Shown: positions 26,861 to 35,689 of the stretch, piece by piece
Layout of the letters: the number at the start of each line of letters is the position of its first letter
How positions within the stretch are numbered: the stretch's first letter is position 1
From: an uncultured virus (IMG/VR IMGVR_UViG_2844359394_000002)
Taxonomy: Duplodnaviria; Heunggongvirae; Uroviricota; Caudoviricetes
Virus record (IMG/VR): IMGVR_UViG_2844359394_000002
DNA length: 64,000 nucleotides
Direction: 5' to 3' (one strand)
Made by a program: the position numbers and the translations under genes
Notes under the pieces: model-generated
What the model saw: the letters and a program-made list of their open reading frames with translations, nothing else
What the model was told of the DNA's origin: nothing
Database searches by the model: none

Positions 26861-27513
26861 TAGCAAATCCGCCCTTTTCCGCCAAATGGAGTGCAGATGT
26901 CTCTTTTATGGATGATGAACGATTTAGTGAAGTTGGGAAATTAGCCCCTAAATCTAAAGCTGATTATGCTTTTGTCTTGGATATAGTCCATAAACTGGAT
27001 GTAACAGGGATTGCGGCTATAGTTCTTCCTCATGGAGTTTTATTTCGTGGTGCTGCCGAAGGTGTTATTCGCAGGTTTCTTATTGAAGATAAAAACTGCA
27101 TTGATGCTGTCATTGGGCTACCGGCCAATATATTCTATGGTACTAGTATTCCTACTTGTATCTTGGTAATAAAGAAATGTCGTAAAGAAGATGAGAACAT
27201 CCTTTTTATTGATGCAAGCAAAGATTTTGAAAAGCTTAAAAACAAGAACTCTTTGAGTGATGAACAAATAGACAAGATTGTACAGACGTTCCAAGAGCGT
27301 AAGGAAATTAAGAAATACAGTCATTGTGCCACATTGCAAGAGGTTATGGCTAATGATTTTAATCTTAACATACCGAGATACATAGATGTATTTGAGGAAG
27401 AAGAACCTATTGACATTAAGGCTGTTATGGATGAAATAAAAGAGCTGGAAGCCAAACGTGCCGAATTGGATAAGGAGATTGATGTTTATTTGCGAGAATT
27501 GAAACTGATTTAA
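26848..27513 (+). CDS. N6-adenine DNA methyltransferase (HsdM-like), C-terminal half
   Basis: VIANPPFS, KADYAF, VLPHGVLFRG, IGLPANIFYGTSIP, FIDAS, NLNIPRY. Confidence 0.88.
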   Translation: METVIANPPFSAKWSADVSFMDDERFSEVGKLAPKSKADYAFVLDIVHKLDVTGIAAIVLPHGVLFRGAAEGVIRRFLIEDKNCIDAVIGLPANIFYGTSIPTCILVIKKCRKEDENILFIDASKDFEKLKNKNSLSDEQIDKIVQTFQERKEIKKYSHCATLQEVMANDFNLNIPRYIDVFEEEEPIDIKAVMDEIKELEAKRAELDKEIDVYLRELKLI

Positions 27514-27531
27514 ATAACAAATTTATAAGAT

Positions 27532-28488
27532 ATGAAATTGGATGATGTGTATAAGGCTTGGATTTCTGTAAAGAAAAGGCAAGTCAAGACTAGTTCACTG
27601 GCATCGTACCAGCAGATATACGTGAAAAAGCTTTCTCCAATGTTAGGATGTATGGGAGTTGGGGAATTGAGCAAAAAGGTTATTGTGCCATTCATGAACG
27701 ATCTTATGGATAATTCGGGGTTATCTGTGAAGTACTGCAATGATATTCTGATAGTTCTAAAAATGCTAATTCGGTTTGCTGACGAAGAGTTAGACCTTGA
27801 GGTACATAACATTACATGGAAGATGGTATGGCCAAGTAAAAATAAGATAGCTGCTCAAAAGCTGGAACGTTATTCTCCTGCTGAATATAAGAAAATCGTC
27901 GATTATGTGTTAGCGAATCCATCTCCACGTAATCTTGGAATTTTGCTAACGATATGTTCCGGTATGCGTATAGGGGAAGTATGTGCCTTACAATGGAAGG
28001 ATATAGATTTAGATAAAAAGACTATTCATATTTGTAAAACCTTAGAACGCATATATATGCCAGGCGAGGATGGTACATTTAATAAAGCAAAAACCCATAT
28101 TGAGATTGGGCCCCCGAAAACTTCAAATTCTGATAGGTATATTCCTATCTTAAAAAACATTTTCCCTTTGGTGAAGAAGTTTTCTGCTGTGTGTAATCCC
28201 GATTATTATGTGTGTACTTGTGGTGAGCAATATACAGAACCTCGGACCTTGCGGAATTATTATGAGAAATTTATTCTTGAAAAGGTAAAACTAGACCACT
28301 GTATCAAGTATCATGGATTAAGGCACACTTTTGCCACGACTCTTATAGAGAATAAAATTGATGTCAAAACTGTATCTACTATTCTTGGTCATTCAGATGT
28401 AGGTACCACTTTGAATATTTATGTTCATCCATCAGAGGAAGCTAAAACCGATGCTGTTAATTCAGGATTAAGGAGAATTTTTAAATAG
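27532..28488 (+). CDS. Tyrosine recombinase/integrase
   Basis: SGMRIGEVCAL, PKT, HGLRHTFAT, LGHS, NIYVH catalytic set. Confidence 0.92.
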   Translation: MKLDDVYKAWISVKKRQVKTSSLASYQQIYVKKLSPMLGCMGVGELSKKVIVPFMNDLMDNSGLSVKYCNDILIVLKMLIRFADEELDLEVHNITWKMVWPSKNKIAAQKLERYSPAEYKKIVDYVLANPSPRNLGILLTICSGMRIGEVCALQWKDIDLDKKTIHICKTLERIYMPGEDGTFNKAKTHIEIGPPKTSNSDRYIPILKNIFPLVKKFSAVCNPDYYVCTCGEQYTEPRTLRNYYEKFILEKVKLDHCIKYHGLRHTFATTLIENKIDVKTVSTILGHSDVGTTLNIYVHPSEEAKTDAVNSGLRRIFK

Positions 28489-28498
28489 CCCCAAATAA

Positions 28499-29416
28499 GT
28501 GATGAATATCGGAATACTAGCAGTCGATAGCAACTATCCTAATCTAGCTTTGATGAAGATAAGTAGCTATCACAAGGCAAGAGGTGATAATGTAGAATGG
28601 TATAATCCCCTTTGTTCTTATGATAAGGTTTACATTGCAAAAGTATTTAGCTTTACGCCGGATTACGGCTATTACATCAATGCCGATCAAGTTGAGAAAG
28701 GCGGTACAGGGTATGACATAAAAAAGGTTCTTCTACCGGAAATTGATAGAATGATTCCTGATTACGATCTGTATAATGTTGATAAAAATTTGGCTTATGG
28801 CTTTTTGACAAGGGGCTGTCCTAATCGTTGTAAATGGTGTGTTGTACCTGCCAAAGAAGGAAACATCACTCCTTACATGGATATTGCGGAAGTATCTGCT
28901 GGGCGAAAAAATGTGATTCTCATGGATAACAACATACTTGCATCCAACTACGGTTTGCAGCAGATTGAAAAGATTATCTCCATGGGAGTACGTGTAGACT
29001 TCAATCAAGGATTAGATGCCCGGTTGGTTACGGATGATATAGCCCGGTTGCTTGCAAAAGTAAAGTGGATGAAGCGCATAAGATTCGGTTGTGATACACC
29101 GGGACAAATAGCAGAATGTGAGCGTGCTACGGCTTTGATTGATAAGTACGGTTACAAAGGCGAATACTTCTTTTATTGTATCCTGCTTAGTGACTTTAAA
29201 GAATCGTTTGAGCGTGTCAATCATTGGAAGAATAAAGGCAGTCGGTTCTTGCCGCATTGCCAGCCTTACAGGGACTTAAATAATCCTCGTCAAATTATTC
29301 CTCAATGGCAAAAGGATTTAGCCGGATGGGCTGATAAGAAGTGGGTGTTTAGAAGCTGTGAATTTAAAGATTTTATCCCTCGAAAAGGGTTTAAATGTAG
29401 TGGATATTTTGATTAA
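28499..29416 (+). CDS. Radical SAM protein
   Basis: TRGCPNRCKWC (CxxxCxxC), MDNN, DFNQGLDARL. Confidence 0.85.
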   Translation: MMNIGILAVDSNYPNLALMKISSYHKARGDNVEWYNPLCSYDKVYIAKVFSFTPDYGYYINADQVEKGGTGYDIKKVLLPEIDRMIPDYDLYNVDKNLAYGFLTRGCPNRCKWCVVPAKEGNITPYMDIAEVSAGRKNVILMDNNILASNYGLQQIEKIISMGVRVDFNQGLDARLVTDDIARLLAKVKWMKRIRFGCDTPGQIAECERATALIDKYGYKGEYFFYCILLSDFKESFERVNHWKNKGSRFLPHCQPYRDLNNPRQIIPQWQKDLAGWADKKWVFRSCEFKDFIPRKGFKCSGYFD

Positions 29417-29449
29417 TAACAATACGAAAGTTATGATAATATTAAGAAT

Positions 29450-29478
29450 AAAAAGGACCGGGAAAATTTTCCCGGTCC
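29450..29478 (-). terminator. Perfect palindrome, terminator for the minus-strand moron (possibly bidirectional)
   Basis: GGACCGGGAAAATTTTCCCGGTCC preceded by an A run. Confidence 0.65.
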
Positions 29479-29483
29479 ATAGG

Positions 29484-29681
29484 TCAGTAAACCTTCTGCC
29501 CTTTACGGTTAACTACACAATTATATATAGCTAACTCACCTGCTTTATCTCCTGTGCGTTTACAGTAATTGTACGCACCGCGAGCACCAGAGAATTCTCC
29601 TCTTCCATGTAGGTAGATAAACTCTCCAAGTAAAGCAGCTCCCTTACAAGCAGCGATAAATAAATAATACTTATTGTTCAT
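29484..29681 (-). CDS. Small moron protein
   Basis: 65-aa ORF with own -7 box TATCTTTG at 29776-29783 and a terminator. Confidence 0.55.
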   Translation of the reverse strand: MNNKYYLFIAACKGAALLGEFIYLHGRGEFSGARGAYNYCKRTGDKAGELAIYNCVVNRKGQKVY

Positions 29682-29819
29682 AAATATACATTATTTATAG
29701 GTTAATACTAGATAGATTCTACCTAACAAACTATGTTATGGTCAGAATTTCTCAGTTAGTTATTACTAACAACTGCAAAGATAATAATTATATAGAAAAC
29801 TCAAACTTTAAAATTATCA

Positions 29820-30362
29820 ATGAAAGCAATAACAATAAAACAACCATGGGCTTCTTTAATAGTGCATGGTATCAAGGATATTGAGAACCGTACTTGGGCG
29901 TGTCCATGGAAATACATAGGGCATAGAGTGTTAATCCATGCAAGTGGGAAACCTGTAGAAATGAGAAATCCCAATAGTGTATTTACAAAAGCTCAATGGG
30001 ATAGTCTGCCTATTGAGTTTCAACGAAAAATAATATGTGCAGAGGGCATTGTCAATTCTGCTATCATTGGAAGTGTAGAAATAATTGGATGCTCTATCAA
30101 TCATCCTTCTAAATGGGCAGAGAAAACAGATGATAGTAAAGGCTATTATGAAAATCCTATTTATAACTGGGTACTAGCTAATCCTATATTATTTCCAGAG
30201 CCGATACCGGCTAAAGGGAAATTGTCATTTTGGGAGTATCCCAATATCAATTCAGAGGACGATATTTGCTTGTGTAATTTGGTCGTAAATGAAAGGAATC
30301 AAGTCGTTAGCTATGGAGAGTATGACCGATGTGTATACTGTGGTAGTAAATGGAGTAAATAA
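29820..30362 (+). CDS. ASCH-domain protein
   Basis: MKAITIKQPWASLIVHGIKDIENRTW...LIHAS. Confidence 0.88.
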   Translation: MKAITIKQPWASLIVHGIKDIENRTWACPWKYIGHRVLIHASGKPVEMRNPNSVFTKAQWDSLPIEFQRKIICAEGIVNSAIIGSVEIIGCSINHPSKWAEKTDDSKGYYENPIYNWVLANPILFPEPIPAKGKLSFWEYPNINSEDDICLCNLVVNERNQVVSYGEYDRCVYCGSKWSK

Positions 30363-30392
30363 CAATAGTACAGAATAATAGTAACATAATAG

Positions 30393-31514
30393 TTAGATAT
30401 GAATTATACTGTCAATATCTTCTTCATTGTCAACATACATTTTGATGTATTTTCTTAATAAGGTTGGATTATTGACACATTCATCTGTTTTAATTATTTG
30501 GAGATTATTCAATCCATATAAAGATGTCAAATTCCAATTTGTCATTTCTTGTAGTGAGCGTTTTATCTCAATTTCCGATTTTGCGTCTTTAGTGAATATT
30601 GTAATATTCTTCTTTTGGGGATTAGTGGATGAAGATTGTCTTTCAAAAAAGGCTTTAAAATATTGGCTGTCATTTATGCCTAATGAATGCCCAAATATTG
30701 TAATATCATCAGCATCCATTAAATCATATACCATAGCTGGGGGATTATATTGGGAATCAAATGATTTCTGTATAAAATCATAGTTTTTGTCTATGTTTTC
30801 ATCTCTTGTTCCTAAAATGATATTCCCGTCTAAACATAAGCCATGTACATACTTAACTGCATCATTAAATTCCATAGCAAAACTAGAGTTGGGAGCTATT
30901 GCTCCAAAACTTGTATAATTAAAAGAGTATATGACAATTTCATCATTTACATTGCTTTTGATAAATGTTCTTGCTACTGTAGCAGCTATGGAGTTTTCAT
31001 TAATAGCTTCTTTTTGAATTTTTATTAGGTATTGCATTAACCCAACTTTAATCAACTGTACGGCTTTTTTATCTCGTTCAATTGGAGAATTTAGCACATC
31101 TTCATGTGATAAACAGATTATGTAAGAAAGTCCAGGTTTGGATAATACGCCTATCTTTAATAGTCTATTAACAGTCTCAGCATTTGTTTGTATTAAATCA
31201 TTATATTCAGAAATACCATGATAGGCATGTATCATTTCTAATATTTTTCTTTCTGTGCTATTATATAAATCGAATGGATGCCCATTATTATTCTTAATTT
31301 TAGTATAATAATAACTTAGTTCATTCTCCAAATCATACCACTTGACCGCATCTAAATTATCGTTCCATTTGTCATTTAAATGTTTGATTAAAGGAGATGG
31401 GTAGTCTTTGGGACAAAATTCAGATTGGCAAAAGTCCTTGTATGAAGTCTTTCTGCCTAAACAAAGGTCAAATCCGTTACCTATTATCAGAACTCTTTTT
31501 CTATCTTTATTCAT
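30393..31514 (-). CDS. AbiH-family abortive infection protein
   Basis: LIIGNGFDL, WYDLENEL, SFNYT, YVHG, IFGHSLG..D..YF; AT-rich moron. Confidence 0.85.
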   Translation of the reverse strand: MNKDRKRVLIIGNGFDLCLGRKTSYKDFCQSEFCPKDYPSPLIKHLNDKWNDNLDAVKWYDLENELSYYYTKIKNNNGHPFDLYNSTERKILEMIHAYHGISEYNDLIQTNAETVNRLLKIGVLSKPGLSYIICLSHEDVLNSPIERDKKAVQLIKVGLMQYLIKIQKEAINENSIAATVARTFIKSNVNDEIVIYSFNYTSFGAIAPNSSFAMEFNDAVKYVHGLCLDGNIILGTRDENIDKNYDFIQKSFDSQYNPPAMVYDLMDADDITIFGHSLGINDSQYFKAFFERQSSSTNPQKKNITIFTKDAKSEIEIKRSLQEMTNWNLTSLYGLNNLQIIKTDECVNNPTLLRKYIKMYVDNEEDIDSIIHI

Positions 31515-31615
31515 ACTGCAAAAGTAAGGAAAGATTATGATAATAAGAACTGAAATTTATATAATTGTTGAACCTTTGGTGTATTGGTTATCCGATACAC
31601 CTTTATTTTTTTGTG

Positions 31616-32407
31616 ATGATGAGAAAAATGATTGTAACTGGCAGTGAAGGCTTCATAGGTAAAGCCCTCTGCCAAGAATTAGCGAAAAGAAATGTTGAAG
31701 TGATAGGTATCGATCGAAAGAACGGTACTGAAGCTTCAAAAGTATGTGAACTTCTAAAGTACGGTGATATCGACTGTGTATTTCACCTGGCAGCACAAAC
31801 AAGTGTATTCAATGGAAATCTGGAACAGATCCGGAAAGATAATATTGATACCTTTATGTGCATAGCCGATGCATGTAACCAATACCATGTAAAATTAGTA
31901 TATGCCAGTTCATCGACCGCGAACCCGGAGAACACAACAAGTCTCTATGGTATAAGTAAGTACTTTGATGAACAGTATGCATCTATCTATTGTAAGGCTG
32001 CGACCGGGTGCCGGCTGCATAATGTATATGGACCTAATCCGCGAAAAAGAACTCTTCTCTGGTTCCTGATGGAAAAGGAAAACGTGTCATTATACAACTG
32101 TGGTCAGAATATCCGGTGCTTCACTTACATAGATGATGTCATTGAGGGGCTTATCTATTCGGTGGGTTGTAACCGGCAACTTATCAATATTTGTAACGTT
32201 CAACCTGTGACTACTATGTATTTTGCTTCTTTAGTAAAATACTACAAACCGATTGAAATAGAGTTGATTAATAAAAAACGAGATTTTGACAATTTGGAGC
32301 AGTCGGTGAACCGGGATATCTATTTAGTACCTTTGTCTTACACATCTGTCGAGGACGGAGTAAAGAAGATCTTTGATGAAAGGAAAGGGAAAGATATGTC
32401 GTATTGA
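31616..32407 (+). CDS. NAD-dependent epimerase/dehydratase
   Basis: VTGSEGFIG, FHLAAQ, YASSS, YGISK, RLHNVYGP, FTYIDDV. Confidence 0.88.
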   Translation: MMRKMIVTGSEGFIGKALCQELAKRNVEVIGIDRKNGTEASKVCELLKYGDIDCVFHLAAQTSVFNGNLEQIRKDNIDTFMCIADACNQYHVKLVYASSSTANPENTTSLYGISKYFDEQYASIYCKAATGCRLHNVYGPNPRKRTLLWFLMEKENVSLYNCGQNIRCFTYIDDVIEGLIYSVGCNRQLINICNVQPVTTMYFASLVKYYKPIEIELINKKRDFDNLEQSVNRDIYLVPLSYTSVEDGVKKIFDERKGKDMSY

Positions 32408-32939
32408 CGACTGGGATAAGCCGGAAGCGGTGAAAGGTAAGAGCTGGTCTCATCAGGAACGGTTATGTGATTTGAGAGAAAAGGTGTCACTTCATAAAAA
32501 GGGTGATATCTATTACATCTCCCAGTTCATCCGTTCCAAGACTGGTACCAGCTTTTCAGAAATTAAACAGTCGGAGGAACTTGCATCATTCTTTGCAGAG
32601 AGAGCGTGTGAGTTTCTCCACCGCTTCATTGTAGGGGGATGTGAAGGATGGTGTATAGTCACCACACCGCGACGGAGACACTACGAGGGCTTTCATTTTG
32701 CAACCTCTATCTGCACGAAAATAGCTGGGGCGGTGAAAATACCATTCTATGAGAATGCAATTCAGTGCCTAACTAAAGATAGATTGAATCCGGAATTCTT
32801 TCTTCTTCGTCCGATAAAGGAAAAGAAGATAATAGTGTATGATGACATATTAACAACCGGCAGTACATTACTTGCCACCTATGAGCTTTTAAGAGATAGA
32901 GAGCAGCTTCTTTTTCTCATAGGAATAAACAATAATTGA
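32373..32939 (+). CDS. Phosphoribosyltransferase-fold protein
   Basis: PRPP-binding loop IIVYDDILTTGSTL. Confidence 0.75.
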   Translation: MMKGKGKICRIDDWDKPEAVKGKSWSHQERLCDLREKVSLHKKGDIYYISQFIRSKTGTSFSEIKQSEELASFFAERACEFLHRFIVGGCEGWCIVTTPRRRHYEGFHFATSICTKIAGAVKIPFYENAIQCLTKDRLNPEFFLLRPIKEKKIIVYDDILTTGSTLLATYELLRDREQLLFLIGINNN

Positions 32940-32940
32940 T

Positions 32941-33486
32941 ATGGGAAAGCGAGAGGAACCATTAACATTTAAGCAAGAGAAATTCTGTAAATATTACGTT
33001 GATACAGAAGGTAATGCAAGTGAAGCATATCGAATGTCTTATAATACTTCCAACATGAAGCCAGAGACAATTTGGAGCGCTGCGAGTAGACTATTAGCAA
33101 ATAGCAAGGTTAGTACAAGGATAAATGAGATTAAGGCGCAGAGAGCGAAAGAGTCTGAAGTAGAGAGGAAAACTGTTGAGAGGGTATTAATGGATATAGT
33201 GCTTGCCAATCCCGATGATCTTCATTTTGTTGACCCTGCAACCGGGAAAACAAAAATGAGAACTCCTTCCCAACTTCCCAAACGTGCCCGTAACGCATTG
33301 AAGAAGATACAGAATAAGAGAGGAGAGGTTACCTATGAGTTCAATGGCAAAACAGAAGCGGCCCGGATATTAGGTGCTTGGAATGGATGGGAGGCAGATA
33401 AGAATGTCAACATCAAAGGTGGAGATGGAAATAAAATCGGTGAACTTCGTATCGGCTTTGATGAAAAAGGAGATTCGGAAGAATAG
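32941..33486 (+). CDS. Terminase small subunit
   Basis: LTFKQEKFCKYY...GNASEAYRMSY...AASRLL; upstream of the large subunit. Confidence 0.85.
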   Translation: MGKREEPLTFKQEKFCKYYVDTEGNASEAYRMSYNTSNMKPETIWSAASRLLANSKVSTRINEIKAQRAKESEVERKTVERVLMDIVLANPDDLHFVDPATGKTKMRTPSQLPKRARNALKKIQNKRGEVTYEFNGKTEAARILGAWNGWEADKNVNIKGGDGNKIGELRIGFDEKGDSEE

Positions 33487-33547
33487 AACAATTTGAACTG
33501 CAAAATCCGGTATTCACCCTACGGAGAAACCTTACTTTTAGAACAAT

Positions 33548-35563
33548 ATGGTTATAAATTATAAGAAGCTAAATCCTAACGGATTCTATCTATTGAAGTA
33601 CTTGAATGATGAGACTATCCGTTTTATCATTCTCTATGGAGGTTCATCTTCCGGTAAGTCGTATAGTGTGGCACAAACAATACTGATACAGACATTACAG
33701 GATGGTGAAAACACTCTTGTAATGCGTAAGGTAGGAGCTTCTATTCTCAAAACCATTTATGAAGATTATAAAGTCGCTGCGGCCGGTCTTGGCATATCCC
33801 ATTTGTTCAAGTTCCAACAGAATACTATTAAGTGTCTGGTTAATGGTGCGAAGATAGATTTTTCCGGTCTTGACGATCCGGAAAAGATAAAAGGTATCTC
33901 CAATTATAAGCGTGTTCAGTTAGAGGAATGGTCAGAGTTCGAGCATCCGGATTTCAAGCAGCTACGTAAGCGTTTGCGTGGTAAGAAAGGGCAGCAAATT
34001 ATTTGTACCTTTAATCCGATCAGTGAAAGCCACTGGATAAAGAAAGAGTTCATTGATAAAGACAAATGGCATGATGTACCGATGACGGTTACCATTGCCG
34101 GCAAAGAGTTGCCGAAAGAACTTACCAAGGTCAAATCCGTAAAGAAGAATGCACCCAGGCAAATACTTAATCTTCGTACTAAGCAAATCGAGGAACAGGC
34201 ACCTAATACAGTTATTATCCAATCTACCTATTTGAATAATTTTTGGGTGGTCGGTAGTCCTGACGGTACGTATGGTTTCTATGATGAGCAATGTGTTGCC
34301 GACTTTGAGTATGATAGAGTCCACGATCCGGATTATTACAATGTGTACGCATTGGGAGAGTGGGGTGTTATTCGTACCGGTAGCGAGTTCTTCGGTTCGT
34401 TCAACCGTGGCAAACATTCCGGTGAACATAAATATATCCCGGACCTGCCTATTCATATATCAGTAGATAATAACGTACTGCCATATATCAGTGTGTCGTA
34501 CTGGCAAGTAGATTTCACTACCGGTATCAAGGTTTGGCAGTTCCATGAGACATGCGCCGAAAATCCTAACAATACAGTAAAGAAGTCCTCTAAACTTGTA
34601 GCCAAGTATCTGAAAGATATCAGGTATAGTGATAAAGTCTACCTACACGGGGATGCCTCAACAAAGGTGGCCAATAGCATTGATGATGAAAAACGTTCTT
34701 GGATGGACTTATTCATAGATACATTGCAGAAAGAAGGATTCGAGATTGAGGATAAGGTAGGCAATAAGAATCCGAGTGTTGCCATGACCGGTGAGTTTAT
34801 CAATGCTATCTTTGATTGTACTGTTCCCGGTATAGAGATATACATTGACGAATCATGTTCGGTATCTATTGAGGACTACATGAGCGTACAGAAAGATGCT
34901 AACGGTGCCATTCTTAAAACTAAGGTCAAGAATAAAACTACCTTGCAGACTTATGAGGAGCACGGGCACCTGTCTGATACGTTCCGATATGTCGTTGTGG
35001 ATTTGTGTAGTGAGCAGTATATAGAGTTTAGTAACCGGCGAAAAAGAAACTTGTATGCTTGTAATGGCACTATTAATTTCTTCAATCCAGATACCGAATG
35101 TAAATACACTAAGAAGATTCTATATGTGATGCCGAATGTTAATGGGAAATTTGTCCTTATACAAGCGTTTAGATGTGGAAATAAATGGCATGTTGTTGAT
35201 GTCGTATTTATGGATACTACTTCAACAGAAGATATACGTTCTTCTATTTTGTCCCATGAATCTGATTCATGTGTAATTGAATGTACAGATGCTTATTTCC
35301 CTTTTATCCGGGAACTCCGTTCTAGTACAAACAAGGAGATTCGTGTAATGAAAGAGTTTCCGGATGTAGATAAGCGTATTGCTGCAACATCTGATTATGT
35401 GAAAAATAGTATTCTTTTTTCTGCATCAAAAGTAGAATCTGATACGGAATATGTTGCCTTCATGAATAATCTGATGGACTATAATAAAGATAGTGAAACA
35501 AAAGAGGCCAGTGCTGTTTTGAGTGGGCTAGTACAGTTCGTTGTAAAATTAGGTTTGAATTGA
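33548..35563 (+). CDS. Terminase large subunit (PBSX-like)
   Basis: YGGSSSGKS, GLDDPEKIKG, LEE, TFNP, YALGEWG, HLSDTFRY. Confidence 0.93.
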   Translation: MVINYKKLNPNGFYLLKYLNDETIRFIILYGGSSSGKSYSVAQTILIQTLQDGENTLVMRKVGASILKTIYEDYKVAAAGLGISHLFKFQQNTIKCLVNGAKIDFSGLDDPEKIKGISNYKRVQLEEWSEFEHPDFKQLRKRLRGKKGQQIICTFNPISESHWIKKEFIDKDKWHDVPMTVTIAGKELPKELTKVKSVKKNAPRQILNLRTKQIEEQAPNTVIIQSTYLNNFWVVGSPDGTYGFYDEQCVADFEYDRVHDPDYYNVYALGEWGVIRTGSEFFGSFNRGKHSGEHKYIPDLPIHISVDNNVLPYISVSYWQVDFTTGIKVWQFHETCAENPNNTVKKSSKLVAKYLKDIRYSDKVYLHGDASTKVANSIDDEKRSWMDLFIDTLQKEGFEIEDKVGNKNPSVAMTGEFINAIFDCTVPGIEIYIDESCSVSIEDYMSVQKDANGAILKTKVKNKTTLQTYEEHGHLSDTFRYVVVDLCSEQYIEFSNRRKRNLYACNGTINFFNPDTECKYTKKILYVMPNVNGKFVLIQAFRCGNKWHVVDVVFMDTTSTEDIRSSILSHESDSCVIECTDAYFPFIRELRSSTNKEIRVMKEFPDVDKRIAATSDYVKNSILFSASKVESDTEYVAFMNNLMDYNKDSETKEASAVLSGLVQFVVKLGLN

Positions 35564-35620
35564 AATGTGTTATATGTGATTGAAAATAAGAATGTTATAT
35601 TGTTGGTATTATGTTTTCGT

Positions 35621-35673
35621 AATTTCAAGATTTTAGTGTTTTGGAAAACGGTTTTCCTTTTTACTTAGTTTTG
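35621..35673 (+). promoter_or_regulatory. Late-type promoter motif, copy 1 (portal/head operon)
   Basis: TTTCAAGATTTT...GGAAAAC...TAGTTTTG. Confidence 0.7.
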
Positions 35674-35689
35674 CTCAAAAAGGAACCCA

